Shown here: in pieces, positions 51,204 through 63,916 of the stretch | Layout of the letters: each line of letters starts with the position of its first letter | Numbering within the stretch: position 1 is the first letter of the stretch | NCBI RefSeq assembly: GCF_006345805.1 | Contig: NC_043009.1 | Span: 47,368,001-47,432,000, forward strand | Length of the DNA stretch: 64,000 nt | Origin: Octopus sinensis | Taxonomy: Eukaryota | Reading direction: 5' to 3' | The notes under the pieces: model-generated | What the model was told of the DNA's origin: nothing | Databases searched by the model: none | Seen by the model: the letters and a program-made list of their open reading frames with translations, nothing else | Made by a program: the position numbers and the translations under genes

Positions 51204-51945
51204 GGCATACTCTAGACTTAGTCCTCAACCATTCTTTACTTATGGACCATTTTTGATTCCCATTTAATTTGGATGGACTCTCATAGCCATTCGATGTTTA
51301 AAAGAATTCTGTTATATTTTTATAACTAAATATTATTAGAAATTGTATAAAAAAAAATTTTTTTAATATTTTATGTTCTGTAGAAACATAACCAATTTAT
51401 TGCACATGAATTTTAACAACAAACTCATATATAGATCTCCAAGGGTCATATGAACCCTGGTTTACAACCACTGTTTTAACAGATCTAGTACCATTATTTT
51501 AACTCTGTTTTCCATATTTCTGTTGAAACATACAGCATTTATTTGAAAATAAAATGAAAAATTTAGTAAATTAACTCAGTCGTTATTAGTAAGCTGGCCT
51601 TGAGATTTTAAAATCAACATTGAAATTTTGGTTACAGGTCTAATTTAGGAAGTTTATCTCAAAGAATCAGGAGAAATCTCAGGCATGTTGATATGAAAAA
51701 TATTAAGAGTAATTTGCTCACTGCCAAAGCATTACTTGTAAGGAATCATGTACACATGATGGGCTTCCACACAGCCTCCATCAACCAAATTCACTCACAA
51801 GGCATTAGTTGGCCTGGAGCCATATAGCAGATGGTGTTGCACAGTGGAACTGAACCTGAAACCATATGGTTGTGAAGTGAGCTTCTTAACCTCAGAGCCA
51901 TGCCTGTGTCAATATACATACATACACACACACACATATATATAC

Positions 51946-51981
<36 letters not shown>

Positions 51982-52098
51982 GCACACACATATATCTATA
52001 TATATATATACATGTGTATACATATATATATACATATGTATACATACAGATATATTTATATGTATACATGTATATATGTGTATATATGTATGTATATG

Positions 52099-52144
<46 letters not shown>

Positions 52145-52145
52145 C

Positions 52146-52176
<31 letters not shown>

Positions 52177-52959
52177 GATATATATATATATATACACACA
52201 TATATACACACCCACGTGTAAATTTGACAGAGCATTTTAAGTCTGCATATCATTGCTACATGGAGTTAATGAAAGATGTGTGTTGTTAGAATTCAATGGT
52301 TTAAGTGAGGAGAGATATAGTCACTTTTCACTTATGTGCAGAAAGAAATAAAAAGAATGAAAGCTAAAAGCTTTTCCATAAAAAAAAAATGTTGTTGCTT
52401 TTTTGTAGAACATTTAAAAAAAAATGAAAATGAGAAACATGTAGAACAAATGTATATAAATGTATATAAATGTAGTGAAACTACTATGAGTGTAAATTTA
52501 TAAGTGGCTTGAATTCAAACAATATTTCCTAATACTTTTTATGTTTGGAATATCGAAAAACTTTTACGTTGTAAAAGAAAAAAGAAACAAAAAAAAACCC
52601 AGCAAAAACAAACTTTTTTTTTTTTATATTTTTAAACAAGGTAATGAGAAATATTCTATTTCTAAACTACGTTTTATGAAATCTGACTGTGCACGAAAAT
52701 AAACATTTGCTGAGATGTAACTGAAAAACTGCAAAGAAAAAAAAATAAATAAAATAAAATAAAATAAAAATATGTACCTGTATTAGCTTTATAGATTTTT
52801 CATTTATTTTTAGAGACTTAAAAATTTTTTTTATTTTTTTATTATAGGTTGAGTTCAGTGAATTTCAAGGTGGTGCATATTTCAGTGTAATTTATCAAGT
52901 AACAGCGAGCTTAGTGATTCAACTAGGATATATTTACTAAGAATATTTATAGTGTATTC

Positions 52960-52994
<35 letters not shown>

Positions 52995-53762
52995 TACACG
53001 TTTTTTTAATTAGGCATAATCAGTCTAGCAAGTGGTAGACTTATTAATCTAATTCAAGAACGGGGGGTCGATGATCAGATGCATGCCCAAGAAATCATCA
53101 GAATAGATAATCAGTGTATGGTTTTAGCTGTATGTTATCCACAAGAAAGGGATGAGTGAATAAAAGATTGCTCCCTTGATAAGTTTAGTGACTGTCTTTG
53201 AACAGCCAATGGCCTCAAACCTAGCATTTCCTCAATGGAGGACATTTATAAGATCTCTCACTGTTCAAGTTGGTGCAGGTTTTGAGTGAGATGTCTAGGA
53301 CTGCATGTGGATGGCATCTATGCACAGAATTTTAGGAAGAAATGAAGGATGGTATGATATGTATACTTAAATAGAAGACATTGTAGGCGTAGGAGTGGCT
53401 GTGTAGTAAGTAGCTTGCTTACGAACCACATGATTCCGGTTTCAGTCCCACTGCATGGCACCTTGGGCAAGTGTCTTTTACTATAGCTTCAGGCTGACCA
53501 AAGCCTTGTAAATGGATTTGGTAGATGAAAACTGAAAGAAGCCTGTTGTGTGTATATATATATATGTATAATAATAAATATTAGGGAATAAATCCAAACT
53601 TACAGGGAAAAGTCAGATTTAGGATTGAATCCAATTTATAGTAAAATATTATATTATATTAAATTAGAGACAAAACCACTATTATGCAAATCAAACAAAG
53701 AAAGACTTAATCCAATACATAAATTAATTCATATTATTTTGAAATTTAACAATTATTAATAT

Positions 53763-53826
53763 CCACTACGATCGTTTCATGTCTTCATTTCATCACATCT
53801 TTGAGTAGTAGACATTCTTCAGGTGG
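53763..53826 (-). ncRNA. Type I hammerhead ribozyme motif on the PDE2 sense strand
   Basis: CCAC-CUGAAGA-AUGUCU(25-nt loop)AGACAU-GAA-ACGAUCGU-A-GUGG: complete core, helix I 4 bp, helix II 6 bp, palindromic helix III, GUA cleavage triplet. Confidence 0.8.
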
Positions 53827-53876
53827 TTTCAAATCAGACTCAATATTCAAGTCTGAATATTGAGTCTGATTTGAAA

Positions 53877-53938
53877 CACCTGAAGAATGTCTACTACTCA
53901 AAGATGTGATGAAATGAAGACATGAAACGATCGTAGTG
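53877..53938 (+). ncRNA. Type I hammerhead ribozyme motif (mirror copy)
   Basis: CAC-CUGAAGA-AUGUCU..AGACAU-GAA-ACGAUCGU-A-GUG; helix I 3 bp. Confidence 0.75.
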
Positions 53939-54052
53939 GATATTAATAATTGTTAAATTTCAAAATAATATGAATTAATTTATGTATTGGATTAAGTCTT
54001 TCTTTGTTTGATTTGCATAATAGTGGTTTTGTCTCTAATTTAATATAATATA

Positions 54053-54089
<37 letters not shown>

Positions 54090-54989
54090 GTATATGTATA
54101 TATACATATACATATATATATATATATATGTATGTATGTATGTGTGTGTATGTGTTTGTGTATCTGTGTTTCTACCCCCTCCCAACATTGCTTGACAACC
54201 GATGGTGGTGTGTTTACATCGCCGTAACTTAGTGGTTCGGCAAAAGAGACCGATAGAATAAGTACTAGGCTTACAAAGAATAAGTCTTGGGGTCGATTTG
54301 ATGAACTAATGGCTACAGACAAATGATTGAAACAAGTAAAAGAGTATCTGTTTGTATACCCATGCCAGCATGGGAGGCGGGCATGAAACAACGATGATGA
54401 TGATGATGATAATGATCAAATCTTGTAGCTCCAGGTTTCTAGAACTGCTAGCTTGTACACCCTAAGTGTTTAGCACTTTGTTTAACCTCATGATAGCAGT
54501 TGTTTATCAGGCAACTAAGCTGCACCAATGGTAATTGTTGTAGGACCAGAAGAATTAACTGAATGTTTAGGAATCTGATAGGAAGACATGGTGGAAATGT
54601 TGGTGTAACTGCCAAAAGAACAATTTTCATTCTATTATGGTGATGAAACCTCAGACTGAGTTGGAAATATTTACATGAAGAATCTAACAAACCTTTCAGA
54701 TTCCATGAAATTTGCAAGGCCGATATTTACTTCAGCTGGTACAAAACTGGGGCAGATAAGACCATGTTTATATATGCCATCTGATTTAAAGCAAGGTTGG
54801 ATCAGAGTTTGCAAGTGCTTGCAAATTGGAGGAAAAACTATTTAGTATTTTAAATGATAATTTGAATCTATTTTGAATAAGAGAAAAGGATGGATTTGGA
54901 GGTGATGAAGTGATTAAAATGGAAAAGAATTCGTTCCAAGTGTAAAACAAAATGAGGTGATGTTAGGTTCACAATGTGTTATGTTAGTG

Positions 54990-55330
54990 CATCAGTTATT
55001 GTCAACCAAATACATCAGTTGGGGGAAGAAGATGGGTCACAGTGTGACTGGTTGTGGCTGATCAGTCTGATGTGCACATGGAAATCTCTGCCACAGGTTG
55101 AGGACTGGTGGTCTGCTGGAACTGAAGACAACAAGTTGATTTTGAATTTGTACAGATCGTGTTTTCTTTGTGCTCCCTGCAATCCTGTTCTGTTTCTAGG
55201 AGATGGCACCTCTGTTGGTTCAGCTTTGCCAGGCAGGGTGGTTTTGAGCTTGCATCAAATGGTTCACAATGTACTTATCAATGAACTACTGGGGTCAAAT
55301 GAAATGGATGGGGAGCCAGAAATAATGATG
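54990..55330 (-). pseudogene. Decayed RTE-clade C-terminal zinc-knuckle relic
   Basis: STCGRDFHVHIRLISH resembles the CxxCxRxFxAxIGLISH C-terminus of RTE elements. Confidence 0.55.
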
Positions 55331-55669
55331 TAAATTCTCGTGATGACCATTCATATTACAAATAAAAGAATGGTCCTCATGAGCATTACAATGAGCTTGG
55401 ATATATCCCTAAATTAATTTTAATTATCTAAGTATAAATGAGGCATAATTTGAATGTAGGTTTTATATATAGGAACGTCAGGATTTTATCAGTGAGCTAC
55501 AGTGGGGTTTAGGTATATTAATGGTACAAACAGTAAATTATATTTGAGGACTGACTCACAAAGATATCATAAATATCATAGGCTATAGATATTCTACATG
55601 CAACACAATCCCTTCTGTTGGGAAATATGATGAAGAGAAATATGATAATGACGATGATTTTGGTGATGG

Positions 55670-55707
<38 letters not shown>

Positions 55708-56662
55708 GTGATGATGATAAGGGTGATGACACTAATGACGATGGTGATTATGATGATGTTATCATATTGGTGGAAGGTGTAAAAAAATCAGTATGAGTGC
55801 AATTTCAGAGGGGATGAAGAGCTGAGGGGGTGATTCAAACAAACACAATTATTTCCAGGGATCTTTCCCAGAACCCTACAAACCAAAATAATAATAGAAA
55901 AATTAGAAACACTGCACCAGACACCATACAAATTTAATAGGGGAATTGACTCAGAAAATGTGACAAAGAACCTTGAAAAAAAAGAAAATTAGTGAAGAAT
56001 ATTAATACTATGCTAGGTAAACAAAAGAAAAACAAATCTCATAGATAAGAAAATCACACTAAACATACATTTACAAATACCTGGGAATCAATGAACTAGA
56101 CAGGTACAAAACACAAAAGAAAGTGATAGACATCCCTGTTTTAGCTGTCTCAGTAAGTTATAGTTGTAGCATTACCAGTTGATGCAGTAAAAGGATACCT
56201 ACCATGAATGCAGGGATATAGGGACATTATGTAACTAGAATAATTATTATAAAATATCCAGTGTTGGCCTACAAAACCGAATAGTAAAGGACAATGGAAA
56301 ATCAATGAAAATAGCTACAGAACACTAGCAAAATGATGGGAAAATAAATTCTTCTCTGCTGCCAAAGAAACCAAAAGTATATGAGAGGCTGAAATGACAG
56401 ACAATAGTGATGGGGAAAAAAGAGCTAAAATGTAAAAGAGATCGTAGGAAGTTAAAGCAAAGGCATGAAAAGCCCTAGAAAAAGAAACAGAAAAGGGTCG
56501 AAATAAACAAAACAATCATAACACTGGCACAGCTGTGACTGAAAGATTCTTGATTGTAGCATAAGATCAATGTCTTCCCATCAGAAAATAACAAAAGCAG
56601 GCAGGAAGCGAAATGTTTTAAGTCACAAAAGAATATGTGTAGGCTTGGAACAAACAATTAAA

Positions 56663-56827
56663 GGAGTGGCTGTGTGGTAAGTAGCTTGCTTACAAACCAC
56701 ATGGTTCCGGGTTCAGTCCCACTGCGTGGCATCTTGGGCAAGTGTCTTCTGCTATAGCCCCGGGCCGACCAATGCCTTGTGAGTGGATTTGGTAGACGGA
56801 AACTGAAAGAAGCCCGTCATATATATG

Positions 56828-56858
<31 letters not shown>

Positions 56859-57065
56859 TTGTGTTTGTCCCCCTAGCATTGCTTGACAACCGATGCTGGT
56901 GTGTTTACGTCCCCGTCACTTAGCGGTTCGGCAAAAGAGACCGATAGAATAAGAACTGGGCTTACAAAGAATAAGTCCCGGGGTCGAGCTGCTCGATTAA
57001 AGGCGGTGCTCCAGCATGGCCGCAGTCAAATGACTGAAACAAGTAAAAGAAAAGAAAAAAGAAAA
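56663..57065 (+). mobile_element. tRNA-derived SINE family A (head + CORE-like box + central (TA)/(TG) microsatellite + tail), young copy
   Basis: A box tggctgtgtggt, B box ggttcagtccc, ttgggcaagtgtc box, tail tgactgaaacaagtaaaaga. Confidence 0.9.
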
Positions 57066-57299
57066 GAAAGTTAACCAACTCTGGCTGCTCAGGCCTAGTC
57101 TTGGAAGAAGACATCTAAAGGCATGACAGAGTTGATGGCTTTCATTCACTGGATATTATGTAAGCATTATGAAATACCATCAGAAAAGAGGTGGTGGTAT
57201 AAACGTACACCAGAAATTTCTGAGAATGACAAAATGAAAATACTCTGCAATGTGTCAATTCACATGTATAAATAGAGAAATCAAGGATAATTAGACAGA

Positions 57300-57740
57300 T
57301 ATTGAAATCGAAATCAAAATCAAATTTGAGGACAGCACCACATAAGTGGCATCCGTGCCAGTGGAGCGCTAAGAGCACCATCTGAGCATGATTGTTGCCA
57401 GGACCGCTGACTGGCTCCCGTGCTGGTGGTATGTAAGACGCACCATTCAAGCATGATTGTTACCAGCCTCGCCTTACTGGCACTTGTGCCGGTGGCATGT
57501 GAAAAACACCATTTGAAGTGGCCGTTGCCAGTACCACCTAACTGGCCCATATGTTGGTGGCACGTAAAAGCACCCACTACACTCTAGGAGTGGTTAGCGT
57601 TAGGAAGCGCATCCAGCTGTAGAAACTCTGCCAGATCAGATTGGAGCCTGGTGCAGCCATCTGGCTCACCAGTCCCCAGTCAAACCATCTAACCCATGCT
57701 AGCATGGAAAGTGGACATTAAACGATGATGATGATGATGG
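57300..57740 (+). mobile_element. RTE 3'UTR fragment (related subfamily) splitting an older R4/Dong relic
   Basis: Subrepeats plus tail ending aaacgatgatgatg. Further tails occur at ~29775-29955(+), 36480-36900(+), 39960-40140(-) and 43270-43460(+). Confidence 0.8.
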
Positions 57741-58213
57741 TAATGATGTTATCAAAGACTAATGGGAATGGGAATGCTTCCGAATTGAAGCATCAGTCCC
57801 AGGAGATGAGAGCATATCATGGGTGGCAGGGAGAAGAAATTAAGCAAATATAAAGATCAGGAAATAGTGATAACCGGAATTTCTGGGGAGTGAAAATGGA
57901 GACAACCCTTATAATAATAGTTGCTTTGGGAATGATTAAAACATGCAAATGTGTATAACCATAATTTCAGGACTTATAAAAGTACATGACTTACAGAAAA
58001 TAACTCCGTTAGGCATTGAACATGCATATAGAGAAATGTTGATACAGCAGATATGATAAATCCAAAACAAAATACTACAAATACCTAAGACCTAAAGAAC
58101 TATGCTTAGCAGTGAAGTGGGAGCACAGAATTTGAACTCAGAATGTAAGGATGGATAAAATGCCACTAAACATTTTGCCTGGTGTGCTAACGATTCTGAT
58201 CAGTTCACCACCT

Positions 58214-58255
<42 letters not shown>

Positions 58256-58707
58256 CAACAACAACAGTAATACACCAGAAACAATAAACCAATTCCCACA
58301 AGAATACAAAAACTGATGTAGCATAGACAAAACCAAATCCAGCATTCCCGAAAGACAATGCTGTACACATCTCAGGAGCCACAAAAGTGCATCTGGTGTC
58401 GCAGAAGAAACTCAGATAAAATTGTTGGAAACATTATAAATGATGAAAATAAAAAAAATAAAAATAGCGACAGTGGTGCTCCAGTATGGCCACACCTTAA
58501 TAGAGTAAAAGTGTAACAACAACAACAACAACAGCAACAGTAAGAATATATTATAACATATTATGGCGATAATTATATTTAAATGATTGTGATTATAGAG
58601 TTTTCTAAGTGGATATTGAGGCTAATTAGGTATCTCTAATTATACATTTTTAGTTGTAAACGAAGAAGAAAAAGTTTAAGAATAATAAAAATGAAGCTGT
58701 AACTCAC

Positions 58708-58823
58708 ATGACTAATACTTATACAGCAGTAGACAGCAAAAGCTGAAGCGATAGCCTCATCAAATGCAGTAAAACAAGGGCCTGTTTTCTTGTTACATAA
58801 CTGGGCCACTCCAATCACACAAC
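58708..58823 (-). CDS. PDE2A: PDE2-like exon E3 (GAF-B, NK..FDE motif): (G)[38 protein letters not shown]
   Basis: Acceptor tctatag, donor gtgagt; 116 nt, phase 1 to 0. Carries the GAF NKFDE signature. Confidence 0.95.
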
Positions 58824-60555
58824 CTATAGAATATAAGAGAACAGCTGCCACTGAACATGGATAAACAACAAACATGCAATCCTTTATAATATTCTTTGCA
58901 AACATATATCAAAAGGGATAAAAATAAAAAGGAGTAGAAATATTCAAAAAGACATTTCTTAGCAATTTAAAAAAAAAAAAAAATATCTAGGATTCATTTT
59001 GCATGCCGTGCAATACATTCAGTTTGTAGATGCGGTCTTATAGAAAGGGAATGTCTTTCTTATCTGCAATCTAATGGGTCAGCTTGTCCTTTCAACTAAA
59101 TTTGTGTAGATGTGGTCTCATGGCAAAAGAATGTCTGTGATCTGATGGGTCAGCTTGTCCTTTCAACTACTTTAGCCCTAAGTTTCTCTTCATTTAGTAC
59201 TCGCTTAAACTTATAGGCTAGTTCACCTTTAAGGGTAGTGCCAATAAACTTTACTCCTTAGAATTTAACATTATTATCCCATGAGTCTACATAATCTTCA
59301 TTTTTATTATCTTTTACTTGAAGTAAAGACTATTTGCCAGCATAATAATGTGGCTGTCCTGGAAGGGACGATTGTTACTCTTGTTTAGTCTCAGGAAACG
59401 TCGTTTCCAGCTGGCTATACGACACATATCTGTGACCGATCCACAGATGTTGCATTGTGCTGGATGGGGGTGCCGAGTTCCCCTGTTTGAAAATATAAGG
59501 ACATAGATATTGTGTCGTAAAGCCATCTGGAAACGATATTTCCAAGAGCTAAACAACAGTAACATTCATCCAATCTAGAACTGCCATATTATGTTGGCAG
59601 ATAGCCTCTGCTTTAAAGAACTGTTACTGAATATATCTCTTTGAGAGATTTAGAAATAATAATGTTTCTATTTATCTTTTATTTGTTTTAGTTTTGCTGG
59701 GTTTAGCCAACAAATCAACTCCAGCGCTTATATTTCAGTTTTGTACTTATTCTATCAGTCTCTTTTTGCCAAAGCACTAAGTTACAGGAACGTAAACAAG
59801 TCAACACTGGTTGTCAAGCAGTGGTGAGGAACAAACACAAATTTGTACCCACGCACACACACACACGTGACAGGCTTCTTTCAGTTTCCATCAACTAAAT
59901 CCACTAACAAGGTTGTGGTTGCCCAGGGCTATAGTAGAAGACACCGATGATGCCATGCATTGGGACTGAACCCAAAACCATGTGATTGGAAAGCAAACTT
60001 CTTATTACACAAACGGTCTGTGCCTATTATTAACTATTTTCACATAGTTTTAGATCTGGTAGAGTCAAAAGTATTTGCTTGAATAGGCAAGTATTTATAG
60101 CTGGATGCCTAATATGATAACCAACAAATTGTAAATATTAAAGTAAATATTAGTATGCTACATATTAACTGTTATATATATAGCTCAACAACAATTTATT
60201 TGATTAATGAAGGTAATTGGCTGCAACTCTCTGAATCACAGATGGTTACAGTCAATTGCTTGCATCAGATGCTACTGTTATACTGAAAGCACGTAGCTTA
60301 GTGGTTAGGGTATTTCTATCCTTAAGCAAGATACTTTATTTCATGTTGCTTCAGTTCACTCAACTGGCAAAAATGAGTAGGGCCTCTATTTCAAAGGGCT
60401 AGCCTTGTCACATCTTGTGTCATGCTGAATTTCCGTGAGAACTATATTAAGGGTACGCCTGACTGAGGAGTACTCAAACACTGGAACCCTCATTGTTGTA
60501 ACTGACAGTGTGCCAGTTTACAGTCATGCTTCTATTACTTTGTCATCTTAATATA

Positions 60556-61095
60556 TTGGGTTGTCCAGAAAGTTCATGCCGATTTTTAAAGGAAATTAAA
60601 AGGTCAATAAATACTTGCCATTACATTTTTAATCAACCAAATATGAACTATTTTATTGCATAATGCGTCTCCATCTTTCCTTTAACTTGAAAATACCCCC
60701 TTCCCAGAATTGAGGTGGTTTCATGGCAAAGAATTCATCAAGGTATCTTTTTACATCTTCCAAGGAATTGAAATTTTTACCATTAAGACTATTCTGCAGA
60801 GACCTGAATAAGTGGAAATCCAAAGGAGCATTATCTGGTGAATATGGACGGTGGGGTAACACATCCCAGCTGAGCTGCAGCAATTTTTGTCTGGTTTCCA
60901 AAGCATCAAGTGCCGAAAATGAACTTTCTTATCTTCCATTTTAAAGGGTTACAGAATTAACACAGGTTATAGGAACATAAACTTTCTTCCACAAAAAGAC
61001 TGAGCTCAAATCCTATTTTATGGACTCAACCATGTTCTAAAATAAGTCGAAAGGTAAGCTACTATAAATTGGCACAAACTTTCCGGACTACCCAA
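60556..61095 (-). mobile_element. Second copy of the same deleted mariner, 540 bp
   Basis: Same TIRs and TA flanks; PYSPDNAPLDFHLFRSLQNSL; the deletion breakpoint appears shared with 17383-17931. Confidence 0.92.
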
Positions 61096-61448
61096 TATTT
61101 ATCCTGCCAGCAACTTTCACAAATTTCTCAATATTTATCAATTTGGGTGACTGCATCTCGATGCAGTTTCATTTCCTTTATAGAAATAGTGTATTTTTTT
61201 TTTTGCATATCAATATGGTATTTTTCCATGATGCAAAGTGAATACTTTCCAGATCAATTTATATAGCTATCTTCATATGGGAGACCTAACTCAGATACTT
61301 TCAACAGAGTGAATTCCATTAAAAGCATCTAAGGGCTAAGTGGTAGTGTTGAACTATGTGATGGATTAAGTGTAGGAGTAGGGAAATTATTACGCAGAAA
61401 AATCTATCAATATTGAGAGTGTTGAGGGGAACAATGGTTTGTAATTAC

Positions 61449-61483
61449 CTTTTTCATCTTGAATTGGAAAGCAAAGAATATTT
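61449..61483 (-). CDS. PDE2A: PDE2-like exon E2 (GAF-B): (R)NILCFPIQDEK(G)
   Basis: Acceptor tttcag, donor gtaatt; 35 nt, phase 2 to 1, joins E1 and E3 in frame. Matches RNILCFPIK. Confidence 0.93.
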
Positions 61484-61867
61484 CTGAAATTAAATTAAAA
61501 AATAAAATGTTGAAATTGAAATAAGATTTCCTCTTCAGAAAAATTGTATATATTTTTTCCAGCTGTTCTTATTAAATGTACTTTACAACATTTCATTTTT
61601 ATATATATTTAATTCCTTTATATACTTGCTTGAAAGAATTCATATATATACATATACAAAATAACATTTCCAATTCCTCATAATATTCTTTATATTATAC
61701 ATCAAAATCAAAAAGCAAAAGGAAAATAATTAAAAAATATTCAGCAACATTTAAAAAACATTATTTATTTACTAACAAGCTAATCCCTTCCAAATGAAAA
61801 AATTATTAAAATAGCAGGAGTGCTAAACTTTAGTTTCCAGTCATCAAAAGTGTAAGAATAAATATAT

Positions 61868-62088
61868 TTCTTTACTGCCCACAAGGGGCTAAACATAGAG
61901 GGGACAAACAAGGACAGACAAAGGGATTAAGTTGATTACATCAACCCCAGTGCGTAACTGGTACTTAATTTATCGACCCCGAAAGGATGAAAGGCAAAGT
62001 CGACCTTGGCGGAATTTGAACTCAGAACGTAACGACAGACGAAATACCGCTAAGCATTTCGCCCAGCGCGCTAACGCTTCTGCCAGAG
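61868..62088 (-). mobile_element. SINE family B
   Basis: Near-consensus. Others at ~16073-16290(+), 20452-20660(-), 33545-33750(-) and 49119-49318(-). Confidence 0.9.
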
Positions 62089-62661
62089 CACTGATATGGT
62101 CACATGAGGCAAAATGGATGATGAGTAGTGGATGAAAATATAGCCATGTGCTGACAATGAAAGGTACCTGTGGGTAATTGTAAATTGAAAAAAAAACAAC
62201 ATGAAGAGATATCTTGATGTATAGTCTCAATAGTGAAATGACAAATGCTGATGATGATTTGTGATATACAACAAGATAGACCTGTTCAACTCATTACAAT
62301 ATGGTTAAGTGGATATTAAAATGATGATGATGATGATGATGATAAAGCATTTCCCTAAAGCAGCAATCATCAATAGAACTTTGTAGAATTGATGTCAGCT
62401 ATTGACAGCTAATTATTTTGGCTAAAAGTGGAAAAGAATGGGTGATGGTTGAATGAAAAGAAAGTATCAATTTTACATACAACACATACATATGTTTCAT
62501 GACTGCAACAGTGGAGTTACACTTTGCCAAGCCAGATGATCCAGTCCATATTAACCCTAGGTACTAATAAATAGTGGGGCTGGACAGTATTGTTATTGGT
62601 GAGAAGAATCATTGCCATAGAATATTCTAACAGCATATAAATAGTCATCTTTTGTATAGAG

Positions 62662-62812
62662 CAGTGGTCCTCAACATTTTAACAATGTTTTAAATATATT
62701 CCTAATATTTAATTATAAAAATATAATAGGATTTCTTTAAACATCGAATGGCTATGAAGGGTCCTTCCAAATAAGGTAAGAATCAAAAGTAGGAGATGGT
62801 TGAGAACCATTA
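62662..62812. mobile_element. hAT (Charlie-like) MITE
   Basis: TIRs cagtggtcctcaac / gttgagaaccatta; 8-bp TSD gtatagag/gtctagag. Relatives at ~50690-50880 and ~51220-51473. Confidence 0.7.
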
Positions 62813-63349
62813 GTCTAGAGTGTGCCTAGTGATGTAAACAAGCCTTAAATATTCCAGCTGGAGCACTAAAACAACTGCGGAGTCATGTGATGTAGTGGTT
62901 AGGGTATTGGACTCATGATCGTAAGATTGTGGTTTTGATTGCTGGACTGGGCAATGCATTGTGTTCTTGAGCAAAACACTTCATTTCACATTGCTCCAGT
63001 CCACTCAGCTGGCAAAAATGAGTAATCTTACAACAAATCAGCATCCCGTCCAAGTGTGGAATATGCCGGGAAACTGGCCCTTATGAGAAGGTATGATCCA
63101 AGAAGGTAACTTTACCTTACTTTTTACCTTACTAAAACAACTATGTAACATCATCAGTCTGATAAGATTCAACGCAAACTCACACCTTGTTGTTTTCCAT
63201 GAAGAGGGTGAGAAAGTATAATGCTGAAATCTAAGCAAAGGAAAGCTAACACTCAAAAGTTCTGAATGGTGCTAAAGATGGAAGGAGCAAATGGATTTAG
63301 AGAAACTGCTTGTGTTTCCAAATTATATTGTAATGAAGAAACTGATTGC

Positions 63350-63500
63350 ATGGTCTGACTAAAGAGATGAGAATGGCATTATCTTATGATTGGATGATCT
63401 TCCTGTCACTAATCCTTATTTGCTTTGCAAGTACCGGATCTCTTATTACACATGTCTATGAAGACACAATTCCAACTGAAGATTGGTTCACAGAGGAATT
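63350..63500 (+). pseudogene. Possible very decayed Ty3/Gypsy RNase H relic
   Basis: ALSYD..LSLILICFAS.TGSLITHVYED weakly resembles LAHYDPxLPLILACDASxYGxGAVLSH. Confidence 0.25.
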
Positions 63501-63834
63501 GACAACAATGTCATTGCTTGAAGTCCATTGATTTTTGGAGAACCACAAATATAAATGAACATACAGACTTGTGCTTGCCTATGGTAGCATGCAGTGGGAA
63601 GGAATCCAAAATCACGTGATTTGGAAGTGAATTTCTTAACCACACTAAGAAATAATAGCAAGTAATTTAACACTGAAGAACAGAGTTTCATAAAGAATTT
63701 AGTAAACAGATTTCTCTTGCAGGCAATTTGATTTAAGATAAAAAGATTTGGATGGTTTATTTCTGTAAGATTTTAATATAGTTAGATTAATGAGAAAATC
63801 CTTTGAAAATGTTATTGGTCAGCATGTTACTTAC

Positions 63835-63916
63835 CGTGTCCTAAAGCCAGTATTTTCATCGATCACCCGATAAAAGAGTGGGTGAGAATATGCATCCCGA
63901 ATATTCAGCAGTTCTC
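63835..63916 (-). CDS. PDE2A: PDE2-like phosphodiesterase, exon E1 of this window (GAF-B): (G)[26 protein letters not shown](R)
   Basis: Acceptor ttcaacag, donor gtaagt; 82 nt, phase 1 to 2. Matches recalled PDE2A [28 protein letters not shown]. Upstream exons lie beyond the window. Confidence 0.95.

Larger units (their letters stand above)
53650..54052. repeat. Near-perfect inverted repeat (arms 53650-53848 and 53855-54052, 6-bp spacer), probably Penelope-like/retrozyme-derived
   Basis: Arms differ by one indel as read; each arm carries a hammerhead motif. Confidence 0.95.
53385..54345 (+). mobile_element. SINE family A copy whose central microsatellite hosts the hammerhead palindrome
   Basis: Head 53385-53550, tail ~54150-54345. 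Confidence 0.8.
56040..58030 (+). pseudogene. Decayed R4/Dong-type LINE relic interrupted by a SINE and an RTE tail
   Basis: YKYLGINE (~56075); IHWILCKHYEIP..WY..PEISENDKMKIL (~57140-57260); SVPGDE..IIIVALGMIK and LQKITPLG (~57790-58030). Confidence 0.6.

Noticed and set aside
56663-56735. tRNA-like sequences with A/B boxes (many copies)
   Set aside because: They are SINE heads: no complete cloverleaf, and always followed by SINE body.
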